Shown: positions 8,488 through 16,775 of the stretch, in pieces
Numbering within the stretch: position 1 is the first letter of the stretch
Layout: each line of letters begins with the position of its first letter
Position numbers and translations under genes: made by a program
Notes under the pieces: generated by a model
What the model was told of the DNA's origin: nothing
Databases searched by the model: none
The model's input: the letters and a program-made list of their open reading frames with translations, nothing else
Virus record (IMG/VR): IMGVR_UViG_3300010353_002388
Location: 1-31,164 of that record
Source of the DNA: a virus
DNA: 31,164 nt
Reading direction: 5' to 3' (one strand)

Positions 8488-9414
8488 CTAGACCTGTTGC
8501 GGAAGATCCGCAGGTATGGCATCGATTGGTTCTTTTTCTTTTTTAACTAGATTAACAACTTTTCTTGAAGTTCTATCTGGATCATTTTCTTTATCCGGAT
8601 GCCATGAATAAACACCTTTAGTAAAATTAACTTGGAAAGGTTCTTTTAATTTCATAGCATATTTCTTTCCCTCCCCTGGTTTTACATAAGCAATTGTCAT
8701 GTGAGGATGATAATCAGGAAAACTTTGTGTATTCGGTATTTGCATAAAAATATCTCTATATTTCTGCAGTTGCCCGGTCAAAGGTAAATTATATTTTACC
8801 ACATCATATTCTTCCCCCTCAAAAACCCCTATTTCACTTACAGTTAAAGTTACAGGTTTCATATAATATTCAAGCATTTCCCCCATTCTCTGAGGATCTA
8901 CTTCTTCTTCGTGAATTCCGTAGAGAATAGTTACATGAGGGGTTTCTTCTAATCCGTACGAATCATCATAAGGTTTAATAAAAACATCATCTTCTTCTAT
9001 TCCAGCTGTATGATATTCATTCCAATTTTTAATATCAGCATCCATCATAATGCAACCGTATCTCGGCTCACTTGCTGGTTTTTGATGCTGTTCATTTAGC
9101 CAACGACCAAATCCCATGAATCCCTCTTTTAGGGAAACTTCTTTATGCTTAAAAGCTGCACCATCATCTGTTTTCATTGAGGGAACATATTTATATTTTG
9201 GGTTTTCTTCTTTGATATATTTCATTAATCTGGAGCCAAATCCTTGCCTCCTAAATTCAGGTCTTACAAAAATATGACTTACTGAAAGCTCTCCATCATA
9301 AAGAACATATTCAACAATACCTACGATTTCTCCGTCCAAATAAATACCTGCTTCACAATTTAATTGTCCTGAATAGGCATCAATAACTTCATTTGTATAG
9401 GTTATCTTAGGCAT
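8488..9414 (-). CDS. GNAT acetyltransferase fused to a 2H phosphoesterase (Acb1/gp57B-like)
   Basis: N-terminal VSHIFVRPEFRRQGFGSRLM (acetyl-CoA motif A); C-terminal paired HxT motifs ETPHVTILYG and DYHPHMTIAY; linker SLKEGFMGFGRWLNE. Confidence 0.8.
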   Translation of the reverse strand: MPKITYTNEVIDAYSGQLNCEAGIYLDGEIVGIVEYVLYDGELSVSHIFVRPEFRRQGFGSRLMKYIKEENPKYKYVPSMKTDDGAAFKHKEVSLKEGFMGFGRWLNEQHQKPASEPRYGCIMMDADIKNWNEYHTAGIEEDDVFIKPYDDSYGLEETPHVTILYGIHEEEVDPQRMGEMLEYYMKPVTLTVSEIGVFEGEEYDVVKYNLPLTGQLQKYRDIFMQIPNTQSFPDYHPHMTIAYVKPGEGKKYAMKLKEPFQVNFTKGVYSWHPDKENDPDRTSRKVVNLVKKEKEPIDAIPADLPQQV

Positions 9415-9425
9415 TTGTTTATTTA

Positions 9426-10247
9426 TTAAGAAATCGAAGATAAAGTTTTGAGCATTTCTATAACTTCAGGCTGCGGATGTAAATCTGTTTTTGCATTTGC
9501 TGGGCGATACGATACATGTGTCCATACCCCTGGTTCCCCGGAAAGAGCCTTTTGAGAAACATCCCACATATCTTCGTTATATTTTACAGGGATACCATAC
9601 TTATCTTTCCAGAAAAGGATTAATTCCCCTGCTGTTCTGATTTGCTCAAGGGTATATTTTTCATAATAATTATATCCCCTAAATCCATCTGGATAATATT
9701 GCATTGGAACATCAACTGCATTGCCATAATAAGTATAGTATTTTCCTACTTCAGTCTGAATCATCTTAGGTGTTCCATCAGCTTTCTTACCAAATTGTTT
9801 GATTGTTCCATCACCGGGAATTAAGTATCCCCAATTATCAATTTCAATTCCTATAGATTGACTATCCCTTGCTTTATTTCCTATTCCAAGATGCCAAGCC
9901 CAATATTTTGAAGAAAATAATTGATAAGGAGTTCCATCTCTATCAATAATAATAGCGGTTCCTACTACAGAATTATCATCTTCCCAAGTAGCTATATCAC
10001 CGGTTACACCATTGCCACTTACAGTATGATGTAATACAATTTGTTTTTTAGTAAATTCTTCTTTGAAATAATCCTTCTCCGGGAAGGGAACAACTTTTAT
10101 CTTATGAAGTTCTATGGGTTTTAAATCTGACCACATATTGGAAATTATTTTAGTTTCAGAAGTAGATGCTTCTGGTGTATGCTCATAAAATTTCCAATCA
10201 TTTTTAAACGGAAAAAAGAACCAATTGAAAGGAAATGATGATGACAT
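9426..10247 (-). CDS. N-acetylmuramoyl-L-alanine amidase (Amidase_2-type endolysin)
   Basis: IVLHHT, AWHLG, SIGIEIDN, THVSYR..KTDLHP motifs. Start set at MSSSFP (10247) to avoid overlap with the HAD gene; the track starts at 10307. Confidence 0.82.
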   Translation of the reverse strand: MSSSFPFNWFFFPFKNDWKFYEHTPEASTSETKIISNMWSDLKPIELHKIKVVPFPEKDYFKEEFTKKQIVLHHTVSGNGVTGDIATWEDDNSVVGTAIIIDRDGTPYQLFSSKYWAWHLGIGNKARDSQSIGIEIDNWGYLIPGDGTIKQFGKKADGTPKMIQTEVGKYYTYYGNAVDVPMQYYPDGFRGYNYYEKYTLEQIRTAGELILFWKDKYGIPVKYNEDMWDVSQKALSGEPGVWTHVSYRPANAKTDLHPQPEVIEMLKTLSSIS

Positions 10248-10258
10248 TTTTATTTTAT

Positions 10259-10687
10259 TTATTCCATCAATTTTTTCTTTATTAACCTTTCGCATTTGGA
10301 TTTCCAATTAGCTCCAAGAGAACTAATGGCTTTGGTTTTTGTATATTTAAGAATATTTTTATTTTCTATCCAATCATCATCAATATGCCACAAGAAATCA
10401 TCATGGAACTTTAGGAAGGGCCACTTATCATCCATGTTTGTAAAATGAATTCTTTCTTCGGGAATGCCCGAGGAATTAGCAACTTCCTTTAAATCATTAT
10501 TGGTAATATCCACATTGATTGAAGTCTGGAAAAATTCTTGATATTTTTTATTATCTCCAAATCTTGAAGTTACTATCCAAACCTCATATCCTTTTTCTAT
10601 TAATTCCTTGGCATAATTCTGAATGCTTTTTCTATCCAGTGTTCCGTCGAAATCAAAAGAAATTTTTATATTAGACGGGGCTAACAT
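10259..10687 (-). CDS. HAD-superfamily phosphatase
   Basis: SFDFDGTL (motif I), IVTSR (motif II), HIDDD (motif IV). Confidence 0.8.
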   Translation of the reverse strand: MLAPSNIKISFDFDGTLDRKSIQNYAKELIEKGYEVWIVTSRFGDNKKYQEFFQTSINVDITNNDLKEVANSSGIPEERIHFTNMDDKWPFLKFHDDFLWHIDDDWIENKNILKYTKTKAISSLGANWKSKCERLIKKKLME

Positions 10688-10997
10688 GTTTTAAAAGTTT
10701 TTCTCCTGCCGAAGTAATTATCCATCCTTCTTCGGTTTTTTCTATTAAACCTACCTTCGAAAATAGTGCCAAAGAAATAGCAGCAACTTCTTTTGCATCT
10801 TGAACAGCATCTTTTATTTCTCCCTCTGAAAGAAGAGGGGTTGCTCCTGTTTCGAGTTTTTTAGTTACTCTTGCTTTAATTGAAGCAAAAACCGATTCTC
10901 TTTTCATAAAAGGAACATTGATTTCTTTATCAAACTCTCCTCTTGCCAATCGGTCTTTCATTTTATTTAAAAATACTTGTGCAGATTCTGGATTCAT
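10671..10997 (-). CDS. hypothetical protein, possible winged-helix C-terminus
   Basis: ...LFSKVGLIEKTEEGWIITSAGEKLL resembles a wHTH wing; no firm family. Confidence 0.55.
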   Translation of the reverse strand: MNPESAQVFLNKMKDRLARGEFDKEINVPFMKRESVFASIKARVTKKLETGATPLLSEGEIKDAVQDAKEVAAISLALFSKVGLIEKTEEGWIITSAGEKLLKHVSPV

Positions 10998-11212
10998 AAT
11001 ATTATGTTTTCGCTATTTATTTGTTATTATACTCATAAAAAGTTAAAAGATTATTTCTTAACGGGGTTTTAACGCCGGAGTTAAAATAAAAAATTAACTA
11101 AATTTTAACAGGAGGATAAAAACTATTTCGAGGGGGGTCATACAATAAGTGCCCAAGAGAGAAAGAAAGAATCTCCTTAAGAGAAAGAGAATAAATAAAG
11201 AAAAACCCCTTA

Positions 11213-12137
11213 ATGAAGTTAGTTCAGGAATCATTGAATTTTGAAAGAGGGCAGGATCCAAAAGCTTCCTTAAAAATTGGATTTGGAAGATATTCTAATG
11301 AACATGGCGATGGGGTTTCAAAAGCACTTATAAAATTAAAACCTTATTTAAATAAATATGGGTTTCAAATGGTTGAAGAAAATCTGGAACCACCCATTAA
11401 ATTAGTTTTTTCAAATGATAACGAGGATAAAATAAGAATTGCCCAGAGAAATACTTTAGGGGATGGTATTCATGGGGTTCGTGTTGAATTCAGTCTTCGG
11501 AATGGACTTACCTTTTTTGATCCAACAACTAAATTTGAAAATGAACAGGTAGAAAGGATGGATCCGGAAGAAATTTTCCAAAAGCATTTTGGAAATCCTA
11601 TTAAAGAAGGATTAAATTTTGAAAGGGGAAATTTTCCGAAAAAAGCCTTAAAAATAGGAATGACCGAACTTCTTCAAGATATGGAGGAAAAATTCAAAAA
11701 ATATTTTCCCGGGGTAATATCCAGATATTCATATTTTCATCAGGACAAAAAAACCGGGGATGGCGATGTATTTTTTGCTCATCTTCTTACACGTAGTGTT
11801 TTTTGGAATAGAACAGTAAGGGAATTTTTTGAAAACGATCCATATTTTGAATTAATCTCTTATAAACCTCTAGATGTAAATTCTTCGGGGGCAAGCGATG
11901 ATGCTATTTTAAAAATTAAATTCAATCCTAATAAATTAAAAGAATCTGTCAATTTTGAAAGAGGAATTGATCCTAAATCTTCAATGAGAATTGGTAATGC
12001 AGCTATTCTTCCGCAGATGATTTGGAAGGGACTGGGCAAATACAGAAAACACTGATCCCGATTTCATACATTGGCCGGAGCCCATTGTAAAAGAGTTAGA
12101 AGATCAATTAGGGGAAAAGCGCTGGCAACCTTATTAA
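11213..12137 (+). CDS. three-module protein with FERG-type tags; probable frameshift near 12030
   Basis: Tags at aa 6, 132 and 244. The track ORF ends at TGA 12055; a +1 frame from ~12030 reads DWANTENTDPDFIHWPEPIVKELEDQLGEKRWQPY* and ends at 12137, overlapping the convergent resolvase stop. Confidence 0.7.
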
Positions 12138-12751
12138 TTTTTTTCTAAATAAGTTTGTACAGCCCAATAAGCGTCAACCAAATCATCTAAATGATCTATC
12201 CAGGTACCTGTTTTCTTTTGAAATAAAGAAGGGTTAGAAAAAATTATTTGTGCAAAAGGACAGGAAGTTCGAACAAAAGCATCTATCATATCTTTTTTAG
12301 TTTTCCCTTTCCCCGAACATCCTGCAGTTTTCTTTATTGTGATAGGAGCATAAGTAGTCATGTTTTCAAATGGGATACAATTGTCAAAAAGATCCCTCAT
12401 AAGCATATACTTATAACCACCCAATTGGATACCCATATTACCGGAGGAATTAAATGATAACCCTTCAAAAACTATTTGCCATTTTTTCATCTCACCATTT
12501 GGCAAACTAGTAATAATTAAATCGGAAAGATACATGGAGTTAGATACTTCCCAACGCATTTTTTCTGAAGAATCCTTCCCTTTATATTTTTGATCTCTCC
12601 TATCTATAAGATTTATGCCCGCGTCGCGATAGATTTTTTTAATCTTATCGCTAAGATCAAAAGGCCAAGAATAAAAAGTATATTTTCCGTTTTGATATAA
12701 ACAAGCAGCAGGCTTATTGATTGAAAAATCAAAGCCAATTATTGTATTCAT
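12134..12751 (-). CDS. RuvC-like Holliday junction resolvase
   Basis: IIGFDFSINKPAAC, IVFEGLSF, PITIKKTA, DDLVDAYW: RNase H-fold catalytic D/E/D/D pattern. Confidence 0.8.
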   Translation of the reverse strand: MNTIIGFDFSINKPAACLYQNGKYTFYSWPFDLSDKIKKIYRDAGINLIDRRDQKYKGKDSSEKMRWEVSNSMYLSDLIITSLPNGEMKKWQIVFEGLSFNSSGNMGIQLGGYKYMLMRDLFDNCIPFENMTTYAPITIKKTAGCSGKGKTKKDMIDAFVRTSCPFAQIIFSNPSLFQKKTGTWIDHLDDLVDAYWAVQTYLEKN

Positions 12752-12771
12752 TAAATTAAAGATTTAAAGGG

Positions 12772-13086
12772 TTATCTCTTTTTTACTAATAAAGAGTCTA
12801 ATTGTTTTTGCTGATAATCAATTAATTCTTTATTTTTTCTTATATGCTCTAAATTCGAAGTAGTATCTATTCTTAAATCCGTGATTCTTTTTTGTTCTTT
12901 TTTAAAAGTATCTGTAATAACAATAAGAGTTTCTGATGGGAATGATATTTCTTCAGATTGCAATGCATACTCAATTGTATCCAAAGAAAATGCTAGCGAA
13001 TCAGAAGTCACCATCTCAGCTTTTTGATATGACCCTCCACATCCATAAAGAAAAATTACTAAAAATAAAAATACTAGTTTTTTCAT
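12772..13086 (-). CDS. lipoprotein, o-spanin candidate
   Basis: MKKLVFLFLVIFLYGC signal peptide with lipobox Cys16; C-terminal coiled coil; ATGA overlap with the upstream membrane gene. Confidence 0.55.
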   Translation of the reverse strand: MKKLVFLFLVIFLYGCGGSYQKAEMVTSDSLAFSLDTIEYALQSEEISFPSETLIVITDTFKKEQKRITDLRIDTTSNLEHIRKNKELIDYQQKQLDSLLVKKR

Positions 13087-13346
13087 TGTTGTTTCATATA
13101 TTGAATGATCTGGCCATTTAATTCAGCTTGTTTTTGAAGAGTTTTATTGATCTCTTTTAATTCTGCTTTTAATTCATTAACGGATTCAATGGTTTCTTCT
13201 AAAACCACTTTTGTTTTTGTTTTATTAGAAGTTGAAGTTGCAACCCAGCCAATGGATGTTGCAATAAAAAGAATGATGAATATAACATCTCTAAACTTCT
13301 CCATAAAAAGTTTCCATAAATTCTTTTCTTCTTTTGCAGCTGGCAT
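13083..13346 (-). CDS. single-TM coiled-coil protein (i-spanin or holin candidate)
   Basis: TM VIFIILFIATSIGWVA followed by a heptad-rich tail. Confidence 0.5.
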   Translation of the reverse strand: MPAAKEEKNLWKLFMEKFRDVIFIILFIATSIGWVATSTSNKTKTKVVLEETIESVNELKAELKEINKTLQKQAELNGQIIQYMKQQ

Positions 13347-13356
13347 TTGTTTAAAT

Positions 13357-13728
13357 TTATTTTCCTAGAGCTATTCCAATAGCCGTTGTTACTAATCTTG
13401 AAGTTATTAATTTACCTAATGTTCCATTTTCGTCGATACCAAGAGCTTTACAAATAGCTCGACCAATAGCAGGTCCAGCTAAAGCTCCCGCAGCACCCCC
13501 AACAAGGGCTCCAAGAAATCCTTCATCTATTTCTTCTCCTTTTTTAATCTTATCAAGAATTTGGTAATAAGCTTTCTCTGCTTCTTGTATCTGGTCGGGT
13601 TCCATATCTTTTATTTCTTCCGATTCAAATATCTTTGAGCTTCTGGAATACTTAATATCATAATAAGTGGGAAAATCGATTTCTTTTGATTCCTCTACTT
13701 GAAGACGGGATTTAGTATTTTCTTCCAT
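13357..13728 (-). CDS. glycine-zipper protein with acidic leader
   Basis: Charged N-terminal half ending in IDE, then GFLGALVGGAAGALAGPAIG (GxxxG repeats). Confidence 0.65.
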   Translation of the reverse strand: MEENTKSRLQVEESKEIDFPTYYDIKYSRSSKIFESEEIKDMEPDQIQEAEKAYYQILDKIKKGEEIDEGFLGALVGGAAGALAGPAIGRAICKALGIDENGTLGKLITSRLVTTAIGIALGK

Positions 13729-13747
13729 GATATTCTTTTATTTCTTT

Positions 13748-14311
13748 TTATATATTATTCTGATTTTGACCAGCTCTTCTCTGAATCCTATATCTATTGT
13801 ATACAAGATTTAAAGAAAAAGTATTAAATTCGGCTGCTGTTGTAGCATAAGATATTTCAAATTGCGATAAACTTTTAGGAACAATTTTTTCAAAAGTAAA
13901 GGCTACTAATTCCATTCCATGATGATCAAGAAAAGAAACAAACATGGGAGGCCAAAATGGCTGAGTTGGCGAATATTCTACAAATTTTTCTATTTGTTCA
14001 AAAAGGATCCAATATGAAATAAATCCCTCGGTTAATTTAAAAGTTATAGTAAGATTTTTATCTATAACAGGTTCAAGCTCTTTTCCCCCTCTATATGTGA
14101 TCCTATACTGATGCTGTGTTTGCTCAATGGTAGGAAGTTCTACAGCAGGAAAATTAATACTTTGAACAGAAGCATTTATAAAATCTTCTACAGTTTCATA
14201 AGGGAGTTTTAATCTCTTAACAACGTCAGCCCACCTAGCATGGATTTCTGGATAAAAGAAATTCTTGGGAAATTGGACGACGAACTGGTTGTTCAAACTA
14301 TTAAGAATCAT
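13748..14311 (-). CDS. tail tube-fold protein (T4 gp3 tail terminator/gp54-like)
   Basis: VQSINFPAV, LTITFKLTE, FTFEKIVPKSLSQFEISY, FSLNLVYNRY pattern of the gp19/gp3 fold. Confidence 0.6.
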   Translation of the reverse strand: MILNSLNNQFVVQFPKNFFYPEIHARWADVVKRLKLPYETVEDFINASVQSINFPAVELPTIEQTQHQYRITYRGGKELEPVIDKNLTITFKLTEGFISYWILFEQIEKFVEYSPTQPFWPPMFVSFLDHHGMELVAFTFEKIVPKSLSQFEISYATTAAEFNTFSLNLVYNRYRIQRRAGQNQNNI

Positions 14312-14340
14312 TTCGGATATATATTTTAAATTATATATTC
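14312..14340. promoter_or_regulatory. back-to-back late-type promoters
   Basis: GGATATATAT on plus (14315-14324) and GAATATATAA on minus (14331-14340) in a 29-bp gap between divergent genes. Confidence 0.5.
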
Positions 14341-15276
14341 ATGGAAAAAGAAAAGTTTATTTGTCAAATATGTCAGAAGGAATACCCTACTTTATCTCAT
14401 TTATCAAAGCATATTAATACTCATAACATATCAAAAAAAGAATATTATGATAACTATTTGAAGAAAAAGGGGGATGGGGTTTGCCCTATCTGTCATTCTT
14501 CTACCCCTTATACAAATAAATGGCAAAATGCTTATAAAATCTATTGCTCAAATGAATGCAAAAAGGCCGGGGTTCCTAAAAATGTTGAAAGGACCTCTAT
14601 TGAAAGATATGGGGTCTCAAATGTAAATAAGTTGAAAGATATTCGAAATAAAATTAAAATAACTAATGAAGAAATTTATGGAAATTCTTGTCCTATGCAA
14701 AATTTAGAGATTCAAAGGAACATAAGAAGAAAGAATCTGGAAAGATTAGGGGTAGAATTACCCTTTCAATCTAAAAAAATTCAGAAAAAGGGGGCAATAA
14801 CAAGAAAAGAAAAATATGGCGGGGAATATACATTCCAGTCTTCAGAATTAGTAGAAAAAATTCATAAAACAAATATGTTAAGATATGGAATGCCTAATCC
14901 TATTCAAAGTTTGGGGGTTTTTTCAAAACAACAATTATCTGGTCTTTTTATAAAAAGATATAAAGAATCTTCTTTATTTTATCAAGGGTCTTATGAATTA
15001 GATTTCTTAGAAAAATATTATGATTTATTAAATATCCAAAGAGCTCCTTTTATAAAATATAAATTTAGAGATAAAGAAAGAATTTATTATCCTGATTTTT
15101 ATATTCCCTCTATAAATTTAATTATAGAGGTAAAAAATAAATATTTAGCCAAAAGGGATAAACAAACAATTAGGGCTAAGAAAAAAGCTGTTATTCAGCA
15201 AGGATTTCAATTTATTATGATTGTAAATAAAAATTATGAAGAATTTGAAAAACTTATTTCCTCATCATCTCTATAA
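14341..15276 (+). CDS. putative free-standing homing endonuclease (Zn fingers plus PD-(D/E)xK)
   Basis: C2H2 finger CQIC...H.NTH, CPIC...CSNEC, repeated T/S-x-x-E-R/K-YG units, C-terminal YYPDFYIPSINLIIEVK. Confidence 0.75.
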   Translation: MEKEKFICQICQKEYPTLSHLSKHINTHNISKKEYYDNYLKKKGDGVCPICHSSTPYTNKWQNAYKIYCSNECKKAGVPKNVERTSIERYGVSNVNKLKDIRNKIKITNEEIYGNSCPMQNLEIQRNIRRKNLERLGVELPFQSKKIQKKGAITRKEKYGGEYTFQSSELVEKIHKTNMLRYGMPNPIQSLGVFSKQQLSGLFIKRYKESSLFYQGSYELDFLEKYYDLLNIQRAPFIKYKFRDKERIYYPDFYIPSINLIIEVKNKYLAKRDKQTIRAKKKAVIQQGFQFIMIVNKNYEEFEKLISSSSL

Positions 15277-15296
15277 TTAAAAAATAAAGTGAAACC

Positions 15297-15974
15297 ATGG
15301 CAGAACTTGAAATTAACAACGTTGAAGAATTAAAAGAAAAATTATCCGAAGCTGTTGAAGCAAGCCCAAATAAACCTTCTGAAGAAGAAATAAAAGCTGC
15401 AGGAGAAGAATTTGAAGCAGCAGCAAAAGCATTTCCCGTAAAAATGTGGGAAATAGGTGGGAATAAAGATGCTCGAGAATATTGTAGCTATCTTTCCCAT
15501 TATGTAAGGAATCGTCTTTTCTGGACCAAAAATGGATGGATGGGTGTAGTTAAACTTGATGAAGAATTAAGAGCTGCTGAAAATCTTCTCAATGGTAAAG
15601 AACCATTAAAACTTGGATACCAGGCCCTTGAATTTGTTTATTATTCTCTTATGAATCCTGGCGGAGTTGGTCTTCAATCGGCTCAAGATTTTGAATCTGA
15701 AGGGGAACAATATCTTCCTTTAATGGAAGCTGTTTCTGTAACACTTAATAAAGCAAGGGGAGAACTTAAGAATATCCAATTCCTTCAGGATAAGTATGCA
15801 GCTATGCAGCAGGGATTTTATCTCGAATTAGAACAAGCACCAGTTGAAGAACCAGGAACTCAAGGGGAGGATCTCGGAACAATGGAAGTTTCATTAGATG
15901 AAGAATTAGACGGAAATTCAGGAACTCCTCCTACAGAAGAGATAGGAGATCTTTCCATAGAAAAATCTGAATAA
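15297..15974 (+). CDS. acidic hypothetical protein
   Basis: 225-aa ORF with AT-rich start context and a terminator downstream; no family recognised. Confidence 0.7.
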   Translation: MAELEINNVEELKEKLSEAVEASPNKPSEEEIKAAGEEFEAAAKAFPVKMWEIGGNKDAREYCSYLSHYVRNRLFWTKNGWMGVVKLDEELRAAENLLNGKEPLKLGYQALEFVYYSLMNPGGVGLQSAQDFESEGEQYLPLMEAVSVTLNKARGELKNIQFLQDKYAAMQQGFYLELEQAPVEEPGTQGEDLGTMEVSLDEELDGNSGTPPTEEIGDLSIEKSE

Positions 15975-15993
15975 TTTTTAACATTTCTTTAAC

Positions 15994-16024
15994 AAATATC
16001 CCTTGAATAGAGGGATATTTTTTT
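15994..16024 (+). terminator. intrinsic terminator 1
   Basis: AAATATCCCT-TGAATAG-AGGGATATTT plus TTTT. Confidence 0.75.
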
Positions 16025-16032
16025 GAAATATG

Positions 16033-16065
16033 GAGGGATATAAAAAACTAATATCCCTCTTTTTT
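16033..16065 (+). terminator. second hairpin with T tract
   Basis: GAGGGATAT-AAAAAACTA-ATATCCCTC plus TTTTTT. Confidence 0.6.
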
Positions 16066-16121
16066 GTATAAACTTCGTAAGAAAGTTTTTGCAAGAATAT
16101 ATAAAAACAAATAATTAAATT

Positions 16122-16478
16122 ATGGCTACAACACCACAACAATTTTTTTCAAAAAACATGAAATGGTTTGCTTTGGCTTTATTGTTTTTACTTATGATTA
16201 AGAGTGTGCAGAGTTGCAATAGAAAAACTCTTTTGAATATGGGATCAAAACAATACATTGAGCAAATAGATTCTCTAAAAACTCTTTACAATAATTATTA
16301 CAGGGATTCCCAGGACAGTATAAAGAAATTGAATTTCGAACTTAAACTTGCAAACGAACAGGTAAATGCTGCTAACAAAAGAGCTGAAGCTGTTCAATCT
16401 GCCGTTGAAAAAGTTCGTTCAAATACAACTATTACTGTTAAAGGCGCTGAAGAAGTTAAAGACACCTCTAAAAAATAA
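16122..16478 (+). CDS. membrane-anchored coiled-coil protein (spanin-like or lipoprotein)
   Basis: TM WFALALLFLLMI, possible lipobox VQSC, long coiled coil. Confidence 0.5.
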   Translation: MATTPQQFFSKNMKWFALALLFLLMIKSVQSCNRKTLLNMGSKQYIEQIDSLKTLYNNYYRDSQDSIKKLNFELKLANEQVNAANKRAEAVQSAVEKVRSNTTITVKGAEEVKDTSKK

Positions 16479-16483
16479 ATACA

Positions 16484-16765
16484 ATGAACGAAATTACTCC
16501 TGAATTAAGAGAAAAAATTGCGCTATATTCAAAACATTTGCATGAAATTATTCATACAGATATTAGCGATGAAATGCTAAATGCTGTCAATATCAAAAGT
16601 GTAAGTATGATTAATGAAGTCATGACTGAATACCCAGCTGAACCACTTTTAATTGTTAAAAAATTAGATGGAACAGAAGAGCGCATCTGGGGATTTGTAA
16701 AAATCCCAGAATACTTGAATAATCTCATAGATCAAATTGAAAATTCAGGATACGTTAAAATATAA
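16484..16765 (+). CDS. hypothetical protein
   Basis: 93-aa ORF tightly packed in the plus-strand run. Confidence 0.6.
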   Translation: MNEITPELREKIALYSKHLHEIIHTDISDEMLNAVNIKSVSMINEVMTEYPAEPLLIVKKLDGTEERIWGFVKIPEYLNNLIDQIENSGYVKI

Positions 16766-16775
16766 AAATCATTAT

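Noticed and set aside
11000-11212. tRNA or other known ncRNA in the larger intergenic gaps (also 18320-18507)
   Set aside because: No cloverleaf, T-loop GTTCRA or other recognisable RNA-family signature found.
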